A stretch of 29,505 nt of DNA, from assembly GCA_040326155.1 (NCBI GenBank), contig JBEQLE010000055.1:1-29505 (forward strand). Reading direction: 5' to 3'. Of the stretch, positions 29,175-29,505 are shown piece by piece. The notes under the pieces are model-generated. The model saw nothing but the letters and a program-made list of their open reading frames with translations, was not told the DNA's origin and searched no databases. A program made the position numbers and the translations under genes. The DNA comes from Leptospirales bacterium (lineage in GTDB: Bacteria > Spirochaetota > Leptospiria > Turneriellales > JAOUFE01). Every line of letters starts with the position of its first letter. Positions within the stretch are counted from its first letter, which is position 1.

Positions 29175-29229
29175 CAGTACAAGAGTATTTTATATTATAC
29201 TAATGTATAGTGTTATTATATAAGTACAG
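29175..29229. promoter_or_regulatory. Three candidate LexA/SOS boxes over the dinB promoter
   Basis: cagTACaagaGTAttt (29175), ttaTACtaatGTAtag (29195) and tatTATataaGTAcag (29214); they overlap TTGCCA-16-TATTAT. Confidence 0.5.
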
Positions 29230-29237
29230 GTTTTTCA

Positions 29238-29505
29238 ATGCGGAATAAAAAGATAATTCATGTCGATATGGACTGCTTTTACGCTGCAGTCGAGGTGCGT
29301 GATAACCCCCAATTAAGAGGGAAACCCGTGGCTGTTGGTGGTTTGTCCGACGGGCGTGGTGTCATCAGCGCCGCCAACTATGAAGCTAGAAAATTTGGGG
29401 TCAGGTCAGCTCTCGCTACGGCTGTAGCGTTGAGGAAGTGCCCTCAGTTGCAGCTAGTCGCCCCGAACATGCAGAAGTACGCACACGAATCTAAGAAGAT
29501 CCAGG
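29238..29505 (+). CDS. dinB: DNA polymerase IV, 5' part (runs off the window)
   Basis: Manual translation [35 protein letters not shown]...[13 protein letters not shown]; absent from the ORF track. Confidence 0.96.
   Translation, partial: MRNKKIIHVDMDCFYAAVEVRDNPQLRGKPVAVGGLSDGRGVISAANYEARKFGVRSALATAVALRKCPQLQLVAPNMQKYAHESKKIQ

Overview
AT-rich bacterial DNA; gene content and style suggest a Spirochaetota/Leptospirales-like organism (inference). The first ~8.3 kb is an accessory patchwork resembling a decayed integron-cassette region. It holds two minus-strand genes with attC-like ends (a membrane protein and an OLD-like ATPase-TOPRIM nuclease), the 3' stub of a group II intron beside a possible third attC edge, and a truncated XRE antitoxin. 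It also holds a GC-richer two-gene module (KamA-family radical SAM aminomutase plus a non-canonical Ddl-fold ATP-grasp ligase) bracketed by an 18-bp direct repeat. The rest is mostly housekeeping: MgtC/DUF4010, UMF1-type MFS, YciI, glutamine synthetase III, family-3 substrate-binding protein, porin, REC-RsbW fusion, pepP, PhnA-domain protein, TetR, ttcA, nadC, lptD-like and the 5' end of dinB. Oddities there are an apparently catalytically dead IntI-like tyrosine recombinase preceded by a 31-bp repeat array, a structured 60-bp tandem repeat, a TetR/DUF4260 deletion fusion and candidate SOS boxes upstream of dinB. No rRNA, tRNA or CRISPR array was seen. All calls come from reading motifs by eye; no searches were run.
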